Assembly (NCBI RefSeq): GCF_006345805.1
Contig: NW_021835463.1
Span: forward strand, 1-64,000
Length of the DNA stretch: 64,000 nt
Reading direction: 5' to 3'
Source: Octopus sinensis
Taxonomy: Eukaryota
Shown here: piece after piece, positions 35,001-48,734 of the stretch
How positions within the stretch are numbered: the first letter of the stretch is position 1
How the letters are laid out: every line of letters starts with the position of its first letter
Made by a program: the position numbers and the translations under genes
The notes under the pieces: generated by a model
The model's database searches: none
Told to the model about the DNA's origin: nothing
Seen by the model: the letters and a program-made list of their open reading frames with translations, nothing else

Positions 35001-35909
35001 AGCATAGAGGAGTTGCTAGGGTCTGCCTGTTTTATATTTATCTGTTATTACCTGAATGATTATGATACCAACAAAAGTCAAGTACATAGGTTTATACTTG
35101 GTTAGGTACTTCTCCTGGGGTTTCTTACCAGAAATATATCATGACTGGTGTTTCTTCCTGATACAAAACCAAATTGCATCTCATCTAGATTAAGTCTTTT
35201 CCTAATAAGTTGGGCTATGATCCTCTCCGTGATTTTCATCATCTGAAGAAATTAGTGCCAGTGCAAGCACTTTATTTTTAAAGCACACATCAGGCATATG
35301 TTAACATATTAGCAATGAGAAAGCGCTCTAATCGATGTCTACCTATATACATACATATATGCAGGGTAGCCATGTACTTTCTCTACAGCGACACACCTCT
35401 GCCTGTCTCTCTATCATACTACAGGTTAGGATGAAGCCACTCTCTCACTACTAGCAGTCCACTCATCCTTGAAATTTACTTTTTAATTTTACTAGTGTCA
35501 GTGTTACCAAAACTTTTCTCAGACATAGAAACCATGTGAAAACAGACATTAGATGTACGTGTAGTAATTCATCTCAGATAGTGTGAAATAGTCCAACCCA
35601 TGACAACATGAAAAACGAATGTTAAATGATGATGACACACATACACGTTAATTGTATTTCTTATATTAATTTCAATAATTAATTTGTTTCTATTATAAAT
35701 AAAAACAATTGATTTCGCATCAGAATGATTAGTTTGATGACTTGTGGAAGCAATGTACTGTGTAAATGTAAGGACAACTGTATTTATTAAACAAGTGTAT
35801 ATCATGATTCGACACAGATAAAACTTGACTTTCAAATGTTGGTTGATATTTTGCTTGTTGTTTGCATATCATGCCTTGTATTATAGATCCCAAATGGCCA
35901 AAGGTAAGT

Positions 35910-36610
35910 GGTCTTTCTTATTTTGGTGTGGGTTTACTGTTAGGATTGGTTTTCAGAGTTTAGTCTATATTAGGGTCAGCTTGAGGATTTGTGAAGGGTT
36001 TTTAGAGAGAATAGTCAAGTAAGAGATCAAAGTTTGAACTAGAGGTTGGGATTTGGGGTGATGAGGAGAGTAGAGATTGAACAGGTTTATTTATAGTGTT
36101 GATGACTGTTTTATATCGGGTTTAGCATTGAAAAGCAGGGATGGGGGCTGGGTGCTTGGATAAGATGCGGATGTCAGGTTGATCCAAGTTATCTCCATGG
36201 TGGTCTTTGGCATGTTGGTAGAGTATAGAAGACTGTTTTCTGTCGTCAAGTTGTCTTAAATGTTCATTTATCCGTTCCGCAATGCTCTTAGACGTCTCTT
36301 CTATGTACATCATGTTCATGTCCTTACAAGCACCTTCTATGCATCTTATATTGTAAACTACATTTCGAGTTCTACAGTTAATACCAGGGCTAATTCTACA
36401 TGCCATGCAGTTATCAATTGTGCATATGGTATTCTTAAACGGGCATGTCCTTCATAATTGTGACCTGACGGAGTTCCTTGGCTTTTCAACAATTTTAATG
36501 TTGAGTTTGGTCTCTTTCAGAGCTTTTCTAAATCTACGGGCTAGTTCTCCATGGGCTCTGGCCTCTACTAATATCACTCCTTGAATTTTTACTGGTGAGT
36601 GTGTATTTAA
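35910..36610 (-). mobile_element. Penelope-like element GIY-YIG endonuclease remnant
   Basis: NCRTRNVVYNIRC..C..MYIEETSKSIAERINEH..SILYQHAKDHH. Confidence 0.88.
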
Positions 36611-36865
36611 TAATAAGGCACTAAAAGAGAAAGACTATCCCCAGACACAACAGAATATACACTGTTTTCGCTAATTACTCTTTCACTCACTTTTGCTACT
36701 TTCAGTTATTTGACTGCGGCCATGTTGGAGCACCGCCTTCAGTCAAAGAAATAGAGCCCAGGACCTATTCTCTTTTGCCGAACCGTTCAGTTACGGGTGC
36801 GTGAAAACAGCAGCATCGTTTGTCAAGCACTGTTCGATGGATAAAGAGGCATACAAACGTATATG

Positions 36866-36898
<33 letters not shown>

Positions 36899-37119
36899 AT
36901 ATATATATATGTATGTATGTATATATATATATATATATGTATACACACACGATGGGCTTCATTTAGTTTCCGTCTACGAAATCTATTCACAAGGCTTTGG
37001 TCACCCCGAGGCTATAGTTGAAGACACTTGTCCAAGGTTCCACGCAGTGGGACTGAACCCAGAACACAGTGTGGTTCGTAAGCAAGCTACTTATCACAAA
37101 GCCGCTCCTACGCCTAGCA

Positions 37120-37154
<35 letters not shown>

Positions 37155-37259
37155 CTATTTATAAAACTGAAATGCGAAAAGTTTGTTTGTTTGTTTGTCT
37201 GGAACGGTTTAAAGACCACTACATCCCGTCGGATTGACTCCAAAATTTACCGTTCGTGA

Positions 37260-37991
37260 TCAATCATTCTCACAGAAATGCGTGCACAAACAGACACAGA
37301 ATGTCATGGTTTAAAGGTCAACATGTTTAAAACATAAATAGCTACGAGTTTGTGTATATGCATGTATCTATGTGCATGAGTGCGGACGTGTTTTCAGAAT
37401 GTCTCAGTTTTAAAGTCAACATATTTAAAACATAAATAGGTACGAGATTGCGTCTTTGCATGTATCTATATTCGTGGGTGTGGACGTGTGAGTGTTTGTG
37501 CGTGTGTGAGCACAGTCCACCTATACCCAAGCTGGTTGCATCGTCTCATAAGAAACAGCCGTGAAAGTTCCGGACCACATTAATGAACGCATTTGCATAC
37601 AAACAATTAGGGTTCGACTTGAACTTGTCCGGTTAACAAACAGTAGTGTCTGAATGGGAATTAGCTTGCTTACCTAACAAATGTTTCCGAGTTCAGTCCC
37701 ACTGGGTGGCATGTTGGGCAAATGTCTTCTACTATAGTCTCGGGACGACCAAAGCCTTGTGAGTGGATTTGGGAGACGGAAACTAAAAAAAGACTGTCGT
37801 ATGTATATGTATATATATATATATGTAGCAGTAAGAGTGGCTATGTAGCTTGCTTTCCAAACACGGTGTTTCTGGTTCAGTCCAACTGCGTGGCCCCATG
37901 GGCAAGTGTCTTCCAATATAGCCTCAGACAGACCAACGTTTCTGAGTAGATTTTGTACACCGAAACAGAAAGTAGCCCGTGGTATATAGAT

Positions 37992-38048
<57 letters not shown>

Positions 38049-38115
38049 GGAGTAAACACATAAATGTGAAACAAGGTGGAAAAAAGAGTACTGAATTTCT
38101 GCTGCTTAAAATAAA

Positions 38116-38186
<71 letters not shown>

Positions 38187-39076
38187 CATAGGTATATATT
38201 GATAGATATATGTATATACATATAGATATTTAAACATATATGGGATGGCCATAATGGGACATCCGACTCACTAGAGAGAGCAGTTATCTTGCTCATTATA
38301 ATTTATTAAAAGTAATATATTATATGTAAGGAAAGTAACTCTGGAAGATGTTATCTAGTTATCTCCCTTCCAAGAGTTAATTTCCCTTCATATTTTTTAT
38401 TGTTAAATTATAATATTCAAGAGAAGTAACTGTAGAAGATACTTTGTAGTTATCTCCCTTAAGTATGTAGTTATCGTAATATACACTTTGTCGCTCTTAG
38501 ACTATTTCAGTTATTTCACTGTGACCATGGTGGAGCACCGCCTTTAGTGAAGCAAATCAACCCCAGGAATTATTCTTTGTATGCCTATTACTTAATGCAT
38601 AGGTCTCTTTTGCAGAACCGAAAAGTTACGGGGACGTAATGTTCGATATACTGATTTAGTAGGTATTTATTTATTGTAAGAACTTCAATTATCATAAATT
38701 ATGGGCTAGGAAAAATACTAGAAACTTTTTTGATATACCTATTGGGGCTCCTTGTGTGTGTGGGACTGTTTTTATTTATGTGAGTGTGGGTATTTTAATT
38801 TCAGTGTTTGTGTGTGAGAGTGTTTTTATTTCTGCATGCGCGAGTGTGTGAGCGACTGAGTGTTTCTATTTGTTTGTGTGTGTGCGACACTTACAACTAC
38901 AACAAACACTTTGACCATTTGTAAGATACCCACATTTGAGATCACTAAATACTAAATCAAAATAAGTTTAATTTATTGCACATTTATATATATACACGCA
39001 CACACACATGTATGTGTTTGTGTATTTATATGTCGTATATATATATATATGTATATATATATATTTTATATATATT

Positions 39077-39108
<32 letters not shown>

Positions 39109-39333
39109 ATATATATATAATTTATATATATTTATATATATTTATATATATATATATATATACACACATACAGATATACGTGAATATACCAACACGCGTA
39201 TATGTAGTATCTAAAACAAAAAGAAACTGTAAGGGATGGAATGGGGTTCTTTCCGTTTTATTAAGAAAACTTGCATCTGTATGTGTGATAGTACGTGCGT
39301 GCGTGCATTCTCGTGTGCCCTTCGAGTGCAAAC

Positions 39334-39368
<35 letters not shown>

Positions 39369-40227
39369 TTAAATATATGTACGACGAGATTCTGTCAGTT
39401 TTGTTCCACTAAATCCCATCACAAGGATTAGCTAGGCCCTGGGCTACAATAGTAGACAATTGCAGAAGATGACAGGCAGTCGGAATGAACCCGAAACCAT
39501 GTGGTTCGTAAGCAAACTACTTACAACATAGCCATTCATACGTCGATATTCATGTATACGACGGCTATTTCAGTTTCCCTCTACAAACTCCACTCAGAAA
39601 ACATTGGTCGGCCCTAGGCTATAGTCGAATACACTTGCCAAAGGTGCAACGCTGTTGGTTTGAACTCAGCACATTGCGGTTCGTGAGCAATCATTCTCGC
39701 TGAAATGCGAGCACAAACAGACACAGAATGTCACGGTTTAAAGGTCAACATGTTTAAAACATAAATAGCTACGAGTTTGCGTATATGGATGTATCTTTGT
39801 GCCTGGGTGCGGACGTGTGTTTCCAGAATGTCTCAGTTTTAAGGTCAACATATTTAAAACATAAATAGGTACGAGATTGCGTCTTTGCATGTATCTATAT
39901 TCGTGGGTGTGGACGTGTGAGAGTTTGTGCGTGTGTGAGCACAGTCCACCTATACCCAAGCTGGTTGCATTGTCTCATAAGAACCAGCCATGAAAGTTCC
40001 GGACCACATTAATGAACTCATTTGCATACAAACAATTAATTCTCGCCTTGAACTTGTCCGGTTACCAAACAGTAGTGTCTGAATGGGAATTAGCTTGCTT
40101 ACCTAACAAATGTTTCCGTGTTCAGTCCCACTGGGTGGCATGTTGGGCAAATGTCTTCTACTATAGTCTCGGGACGATCAAAGCCTTGTGAGTGGATTTG
40201 GGAGACGGAAACTAAAGAAGACTGTCG

Positions 40228-40281
<54 letters not shown>

Positions 40282-40445
40282 GCAGTAAGAGTGGCTATGT
40301 AGCTTGCTTTCCAAACACGGTGTTTCTGGTTCTGTCCAACTATGTGGTCCCATGGGCAAGTGTCTTCCAATATAGCCTCGGACAGACCAACGTTTCTGAG
40401 TAGATTTGGTACACTGAAACAGAAAGTAGCCCGTGGTATATAGAT

Positions 40446-40495
<50 letters not shown>

Positions 40496-41900
40496 CATAT
40501 ATATATCTATATATATATATTGCCATGTCTGAATATATATTCGAAAGTTACTTCCTCTTGCTCATTATAATTTATTAAAAGTAATATAATTGTATGTAAG
40601 GAAAGTAACTCTGGAAGATGTTATGTAGTTATCTCCCTTCCGCGAGTTAATCTCCCTTCATATTTTTTTTATTGTTAAATTATAATATTCAAGGGAAGTA
40701 ACTGTAGAAGATACTTTGTAGTTATCTCCCTTAGACTGTTTTTCAGTTATTTCACTGTGACCATTGTGGAGCACTGCCTTTAGTGAAGCAAATCAACCCC
40801 AGGAATTATTCTTTGTATGCCTATTACTTAATGTATAGGTCTCTTTTGCAGAACCGATAAGTTACGGGGACGTAATGTTCGATATACTGATTTAGTAGGT
40901 ATTTATTCATTGTAAGAATTTCAATTATCATAAATTATGGGCTAGGAAAAATACTAGAAACTTTTTGATATACCTATTGGGGCTCCTTGTGTGTGTGGGA
41001 CTGTTTTTATTTATGTGAGTGTGGGTATTTTCATTTCAGTGTTTGTGTGTGAGAGTGTTTTTATTTCTGTGTGCGCGAGTGTGTGAGCGACTGAGTGTTT
41101 CTATTTGTTTGTGTGTGTGCGACACTTACAACTACAACAAACACTTTGACCATTTGTAAGATATCCACTTTTGAGATCACTAAATACTAAATCAAAATAA
41201 GTTCAATTTATTGCACCTTTAGTGGCTTCAGATGTTGCTCATATTTTTCCCATGTGTCGTCAATGTATTAATTTCACAAGTGGATGACAGAAATTCTAAT
41301 ATAGGCGTGGAGGGAGTTGATATTCTAACTGCGAGTGCAAAGCACCCAATGCCCCTCTACATTCTGAATAAATTGTATGTTTGTGCTAGTTACGGTTAGG
41401 GTTTTATGTGTGAGTGTGTAACTGCGTTTTCATTTCTGTGTGTGGGTGCTTATGTTTGTGTGTGTGTTTGTGCGTATGTTAGTGTGTGAGAGTTTGGATG
41501 TGTTACCGTATTTTCCATTTGTATTTGTGTGTGTCTGTGTTTGTGCATGTGTAGGTATGTAACTGTTTTCATTTCTGTGTTTGTCCGCGTGTTTGAGTGT
41601 GTGAATATGTATCTGTATTTTTATTTGTGTGTTTGTCTTTGTGTGTATGTGAGTGTTTTTGTGAGAATTTTTTTTTCAGTGTTTGTGTGCGTGGGACTTT
41701 TTATATGTGTGTGTGTTGCTATTTTCATTTAAGTGTCTGTGTTTGTGTGAATGTTTTTATTTCTGTGTGTACGTGTGTGTGAGCGACTGTGTTTTATTCG
41801 TTTGTTTGTGCGACAATTACAGCTACAACAAACACTACTGTACCCCAAGGCCGACCTAATCCTTGTGATTGGATTTAGTGGAAGGAAACTGATAAAATAC
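37260..41900. repeat. Tandemly duplicated composite repeat block (37260-38980 ~ 39690-41215)
   Basis: Co-linear near-identical text offset by ~2.2-2.4 kb; submodules recur at ~48700-49770 and ~50640-52370. Confidence 0.88.
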
Positions 41901-42949
41901 CATCGTATATATGTTTAAATGTGTGCGTGTGTGTGTGTGCGCGTTTGTTCGCACTCGAAGGGCACAACTTATTGAAAACAAAATAGCTTTGCATGTATCT
42001 ATGTGCATGAGTGCGGAAGTGTGGGTATTTGTTCGTGTGTGAGCACAGTCCACACATACCCAAGGTTGTCGCATCGGCTGTGACCCAACCGCGAAAGTCT
42101 GTTTTACCCAGACATACACATACAGATATACGTGTATATACCCACGCACGTATATGTAGTGTCTAAAACAAAAAAGAAGCTAAGGGATGGAATGTGAGTT
42201 CTTTCCGTTTTATTAAGAAAACTTGCATCTACATGTGTGATAGTACGTGAATGCATTCTCGTGTGCCCTTCGAGTGTCATTATTACTTTATTACAGATAT
42301 TACAACATGAAACGTATTATATGACGTTAGGGAAGTAACTCTAGGAGATATTTTCTGCTATCTCCCTAGTGAACATGGACTTTTCTCGTTATTTACTCTT
42401 TTACTCTCATTTGTTTCAGTCATTTGACTGTGGCCATGTTGGAGCACGACCTTTAGTCGAGCATACCGACCCCAGGACTTATTCATTGTAGGCCTAGTGC
42501 TTATTCTATCAGTCTCTTTCGCTGAACCTCTAAGTTATGGGGACGTAAACAGACTAATATCCGTTGTGTAGCAATGTTTGGGAACAAAGACACACACGCA
42601 CACATAAACATATATATGACTGGAGTTTTCCAGTTTCCTTCCACCAAATCCAATCACAAGGCTTTGGTCGGCTCGGGGCTATAGTAGATTTTTCAAACGA
42701 TGCTGGGTGTTTTTCGCCCTGTATTTCAGCGGCTCGGCAGAAAAGAATAAGTTAGAATAAATACTAGGCTTAGAAAGAATAAGTGCTGCTGACGATGTGC
42801 TCGAAGAAGATAGATTGGTATATATATATATATATATATATATTTATAAAGATATATCAGATATATATAAACTTAGATATGTTTCGACCAAAGATTGGTC
42901 CAGGACATGTCTAACTTAATAGCACCACCTGATAGGATTATTCGAATCC

Positions 42950-44450
42950 TGTTTAAGTCAAGTTTTGTTCAAGTAGTGAGTTCTTGTTGGGTGAGTTGTA
43001 TCCAGTTTTGTTCAAGTAGTGAGTTCTTGTTGGGTGAGTTGTATCCAGTTTTGTTCAAGTAGCGAGTTCTTGTTGGGTGACTTGTATCCAATTATGGGTG
43101 GCTTATCTGGTATTCTTTGAAGGAATCTATCCAGACTCTGTTTAAAGTTGATGGGATCCTTTTCCTCTTTGATCTCTCTCGGGACAATGTTAATAGGGCA
43201 GGGCCTGTTGAGGAAAAGAAATTATGTTGCAGTGTACATGTATGTTGTGATCTTGAATTGGGCAGGGGACGTATAGCCCGTGGTCCAAGTCTTGGATGAA
43301 CCTTGAAGCTAATGTTTAGGTCGTTTGGGCATAGTTGGCGGTATATTTTCCACATCGTACAAATGATGTACCGCTCACGCTGGAGGGAGTAAAGTTTCAA
43401 GGCTTTAAGGCAATCCCAATAATCGAGAGCAGCCATGCCTTCAATTCGTTTAGTGAGTGCCCTCTGGGGTGACTCAATTCTGGAGATGTTTAGTCTTGTT
43501 TGAGGAGACCACAGTGGGCAGCAGTATTCAAGGTGTGGCCGTACAAAGGAGGAAAAAAGTGGTATGATGACACCTTGTTCTCTGGACCGGAAAGTTCTTA
43601 AGATCCAGGAACTCATCCTACGAGCTATATCGACCTTCTTGTTGATGTGTGCACTCCAACTGTGATGGTCATCAACAATTACACCCAGTTCTCTGATATT
43701 GTTAGAGTCTGTGAGCGGTTCCCCTGAAGGAAGAGAGTATGGCTGTTTTAGTGAGGAGTTTCTTCCAAAATGCATCAGCTCAAATTTTCCCTCGTTTAGT
43801 TGTATTTTGTTTCTGTTTGCCCATTGACTCACAGCATATAGATCAGACTGGAGTTGAGTTCGGTCTGCTTCTCATTGACGATTTACTGGAGCTTGGTGTC
43901 ATCAGCAAATATTTTCACTTTGCAGTAATGTACGACACTGGAAAGGTCGTTTATGTAGATTATGAAGAGTAGCGGACCCAAGACAGTCCCCTGGGGGTCA
44001 CCGCTGGTGGTGACTTTTGCTGGGCTTGAGTGGACTCCATCAACTACAACATGTGTTGTATTCGCCAGGAAATACTTGATCCAGTGTAGAACTTCAATGT
44101 GGTGTAAGAGCTGTGTTAGACAGTCCCTGCCACAGCGAAAGCCATGCTGTTTTGCATTTAGGAGTTTGTGGGTCTCAGGCAGGAAGTCAGCCATCCTTGA
44201 TCTTAACACTCTTTCAAACACTTTGATGATGTGGGAGGTGAGTGAGATTGGGCGATAGTTGAGTGCGAGGGATCTGTTTCCCTGTTTGAAAACCGGGATG
44301 ACTGACTGGGATAGAAACTGTTTTGGTATATACCTGCATGTAACGAATTTCTCCAGAGGTTGGTCAGTGGGACTGCAAGTTGGTGTTTACATTCCTTCAG
44401 GAGACTAACGGGGAATCCTATCAGGGCCTAACAGAGTAGAGTAGTATTTG
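42950..44450 (-). mobile_element. CR1/L2-type LINE RT remnant
   Basis: QHGFRCGRDCLTQLL, GDPQGTVLGPLLFIIYINDL, IFADDTK, RPHLEYCCPLWSP; frameshifts and deletion. Confidence 0.9.
42961..43089. repeat. 43-bp tandem repeat x3
   Basis: AGTTTTGTTCAAGTAGTGAGTTCTTGTTGGGTGAGTTGTATCC starting at 42961, 43004 and 43047. Confidence 0.95.
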
Positions 44451-45625
44451 ACCTCATTTATTGCTGCTACGATGTCAGTGGGAGTGAAGGTTGTCTGCAA
44501 TTTTGTGTTGGGAGTCAACTTCGTTCGCTTCTCTTACGTCAATATCAGTGGGAACACTAAAGACAGCAGTATTGTTTTTGCAATATATATATATATAGAG
44601 AGAAACATGTATATACATATAGATATTTATATATATGTATATGTGTGTATGTTTCGGTGTCCCCAAAACCGCTTGACAACCAATGCCGGTGTTTTTTACA
44701 CTCCATTAACTTATCCGTTCGGGAAAAGAAGACCAACAGAATAAATACTAGACTGACGTAGATAAAAGTCCTAGTGTCGATTTGCTCTAGAAAAGGCCGT
44801 GCTCTAGCAGTGGCACAGTGAAATGACTAAACAAGGAAAAGAGTAAAAGTGTATGCGGTACATCTGAACATTATATTGTAGAGTTAATTAGCTTCCATAA
44901 TACATTTTGATAATAGTCATGTATTTAAATGTAAGGGAGGTAACTTTTGAAGATTTTTAAAGTTATCCCCCTTTGTAGAGTTACCCCCATTGAACTTTAC
45001 AATTTAATAATACATAATAGTTATTTAATTAGATGTAAGGGAGGTGACTCTGAAAGATTTTTTAGTTATCTCCCTTTCTAGAGTTACTCCCCTTCTATAT
45101 TATTATTAACTTATAACGTGAAGGTAAGTAACTATACGAAGGAAGATAACTCTAAAATCTTCCCGAGTTCCCTTATATCTAATTAAATTACTTTTACTCT
45201 TATACTTGTTTCAGTCATTTGACTGCGGCCATGCTGGAGCACCACCTTTTAGTACTTATTCTATCGGTCTCTTTTTGTCGAACCGCTAAGTGACGGGGAC
45301 CTAAATACACCAGCATCGGTTGTCAAGCGATGCTAGGGGGACAAACACACACACATACATATACATACGACAGGCTTCCTTCAGTTTCCGTCTACCAAAT
45401 CCACTAACAAGGCATTGGTCGGCCCGGGGCTATAGCAGGAGACACTTGCCCAAGATGCCACGCAATTGGACTGAACCCGGAACTATGTGGTTGGTTAGCA
45501 AGCTACTTACCACTGCTGCGCCTATTATCTATTAAATTATATATTCTAGGGAAGTGACTCTAGAAAGGGAAATAGGTACAAGATTTTCCACAGTTACTTC
45601 CCTTACATGTAATTACATTACGATT

Positions 45626-45685
45626 GGGGTTGGGTTGGGTTGGGTTAGGGTTAGTTTCAGGGTCGGGGTTAGGGTTGGGGTTAGC
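45626..45685 (+). repeat. Degenerate telomere-like (GGGTT/TTAGGG) tract
   Basis: GGGGTTGGGTTGGGTTGGGTTAGGGTTAG..GGGGTTAGGGTTGGGGTTAG. Confidence 0.7.
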
Positions 45686-47185
45686 CTCGTTCACACATCA
45701 TGCGTCCATGGAAACAAGCCTCGTTCACACATCATGCGTCCATACAAACAAGCCTCGTTCACTCGTCATGCGTCCACACAAACAAGCCTCGGTTACCCAT
45801 CATGCGTCCATACAAACAAGCCTCGTTCACACATCATGCGTCCATACATACACGCCTCGTTCACACATCATGCGTCCACACAAACAAGCCTCGTTCACCC
45901 GTCATGCGTCCATACAAACAAGCCTCGTTCACCCGTCATGCGTCTATACAAACAAGCCTCGTTCACCCGTCATGCGTCCATACAAACAAACCTCGTTCAC
46001 CCGTCATGCGTCCATACAAACAAGCCTCGTTCACCCGTCATGCGTCCATACAAACAAGCCTCGTTCACCCGTCATGCGTCCATACAAACAAGCCTCGTTC
46101 ACCTCGTCATGCGTCCATACAAACAAGCCTCGTTCACCCGTCATGCGTCCATACAAACAAGCCTCGTTCACCCGTCATGCGTCCATACAAACAATCCTCG
46201 TTCACCCGTCATGCGTCCATACAAACAATCCTCGTTCACCCGTCATGCGTCCATACAAACAAGTCTCGTTCACCCGTCATGCGTCCATACAAACAAGCCT
46301 CGTTCACACGTCATGCGTCTATACAAACGAGCCTCGTTCACACATGCGTCCATACAAACAAGCCTCGTTAACACATGCGTCCATACAAACAAGCCTCGTT
46401 CACCCGTCATGCGTCCATACAAACAAGCCTCGTTCACCCGTCATGCGTCCATACAAACAAGCCTCGTTCACCCGTCATGCGTCCATACAAACAAGCCTTG
46501 TTCACCCGTCATGCGTCCATTCAAACAAGCCTCGTTCACACGTCATGCGTCCATACAAACAAGCCTCGTTTACACGTCATGCGTCCATACAAAAAAGCCT
46601 CGTTCACACATCATGCTTCCATACAAAAAAGCCTCGTTCACACATCATGCTTCCATACAAACAAGCCTCGTTCACACATCATGCGTCTATACAAACAAGC
46701 CTCGTTCACCCGTCATGCGTCTATACAAACAAGCCTCGTTCACCCGTCATGCGTCTATACAAACAAGCCTCGTTCACACATGCGTCTATACAAACAAGCC
46801 TCGTTCACCCGTCATGCGTCCATACAAACAATCCTCGTTCACCCGTCATGCGTCCATAGAAACAATCCTCGTTCACCCGTAATGCGTCCATACAAACAAG
46901 CCTCGTTCACCCGTCATGTGTCTATACAAACAAGCTCGTTCACATGCGTCAATACAAACAGCCTCGTTCACACATCATGCGTCCATACAAACAAGCCTCG
47001 TTTCACACATCATTCGTCCATACAAATATCTTCGTTCACATCATGCGTCCATACAAACAAGCCTCGTTCACATCATTCGTCCATACAAACAAGCTTCGTT
47101 CACACATCATTCGTCCATACAAACAAGCTTCGTTCACAAATCATGCGTTCATACACAAGCTCGTTCACACATGCGTCCATACATA
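45683..47185. repeat. 34-bp minisatellite (GCCTCGTTCACCCGTCATGCGTCCATACAAACAA)n, ~44 copies
   Basis: Direct tandem reading; explains the repetitive ORFs in three frames. Confidence 0.97.
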
Positions 47186-47199
47186 GATTTTATACATTC

Positions 47200-47330
47200 A
47201 GGGGCTTTTATTCAGGGACAGGTAATCAGGGGCAGTAATCATGGGATGGTAATTCAGGGGCAGGTACTTAAGGGGATGTAATTGAGGAGCGTACTTCAGG
47301 GGCATGTAATCACATGTAATTCAGGGTTAG
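47200..47330. repeat. Short degenerate island of the 15-bp satellite
   Basis: AATTCAGGGGCAGGT-like units. Confidence 0.75.
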
Positions 47331-47579
47331 TGCGTGTTGTAAATATTTTTCATTCTATTTGTGTGTGTTGTTTGTTGTGCATGTGTAGTATGTAACTGTT
47401 CATTTCTGTGTTTCACCGCGTGTTTGAGTGTGATTGTATCTGTATTTTATTTGTGTGTTGTGTTGTGTATATGTACAGTGTCATGTGTGTCTGAGTAGTT
47501 TTATTCGTTTGTTTCGATCTATATACATAGTCATATATATTTACCTATATCACAATAATCTTCGTTCTAATATTAATAA

Positions 47580-48255
47580 GATTGAGAAATAGATCTAATT
47601 AATAGTATATCTATTCTACACCAAGTGGCCTAGTGCTCCGAGACCTGGATTATATAATATTTATAATATATTTAATTATTTTTACCACATAAATAAAGAG
47701 AGTGGTCATATATGGCTCACTTAGCACCAGTTAATCCAAAAGTTTCAACACAAATACAGGTTCCATGAAAGTCGGTATTTGTTTTCCGTGAAAATTTGGC
47801 GCGCTGTTAGTTGGGGCATTTGAATTATAACGTCGGATGTAATCAATTGAACCACACGCGTATTTATCGTTATGGTCAAACTGGCGTGTGATTGGTGGAT
47901 TTCATCCAGATAGTTTGGCTGAGGGCTACAAGTGGAGTTTTTTGTAAGTATATTACATTTATATTAATAGCGAACAATGTCCCAAATATCTGTATTTTTT
48001 TATTTTTTATTTGCCCTGTCCGTGGAGCTAACACATCGTACCGACTTTCATGGGAAACATGTATTTGTGGTTGAAATTTTGGATTAATGGTGCTAGAGTG
48101 AGCCATATAGTGACCACTCTCTTATATTTATTTTGTAAAAATATTATAATATATTATAAAATATTTAATCCAGGTTTCTCGGAGCACTAGGCACTTGGTG
48201 TAGAATAGATATACTATTAAATTAGTATCTAATTCTCTCACCCTTATTAATTAAT
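47580..48255. mobile_element. Foldback/MITE with ~190-bp inverted arms; partial direct copy at 48280-48650
   Basis: 47590-47775 is the reverse complement of ~48037-48240, with many small indels. Confidence 0.75.
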
Positions 48256-48652
48256 TATAATTATGCTGCATTTATTTCTAAATGCTGTATTTGTTTTCCG
48301 TGAAAATTTGGCGCGCTGTTAGTTGGGGCATTTGAATTATAACGTCGGATGTATCATTGAACCACACGCGTATTTATCGTTATGGTAAAATCTGGCGTGT
48401 GATTGAGTGGATTTTCATCAGATATTTTGGCTGAGGAGCTACAAGTGGATTTTTTTGTAAGTAATATTACATTTAATTCATTAATAGCGAAACATTGTCC
48501 CAAAATAATCTGTATTTTTGTTATTTTTTATTTGCCCTGTCCGTGTGAGCTAACAATCGTACCGACTTTCATGGGAAACATGTATTTTTGTGGTTGAAAC
48601 CTTTTGGATTACTGGTGCTAGAGTGAGCCATATAGTGACCACTCTCTTATTT

Positions 48653-48684
<32 letters not shown>

Positions 48685-48698
48685 GTTTAGGAGATATG

Positions 48699-48734
<36 letters not shown>

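Noticed and set aside
45554-47281. 400+ aa ORFs, or a CRISPR-like array
   Set aside because: Head-to-tail 34-bp units with no unique spacers; the unit is not a multiple of 3 and cycles through frames; no cas genes; eukaryotic DNA.
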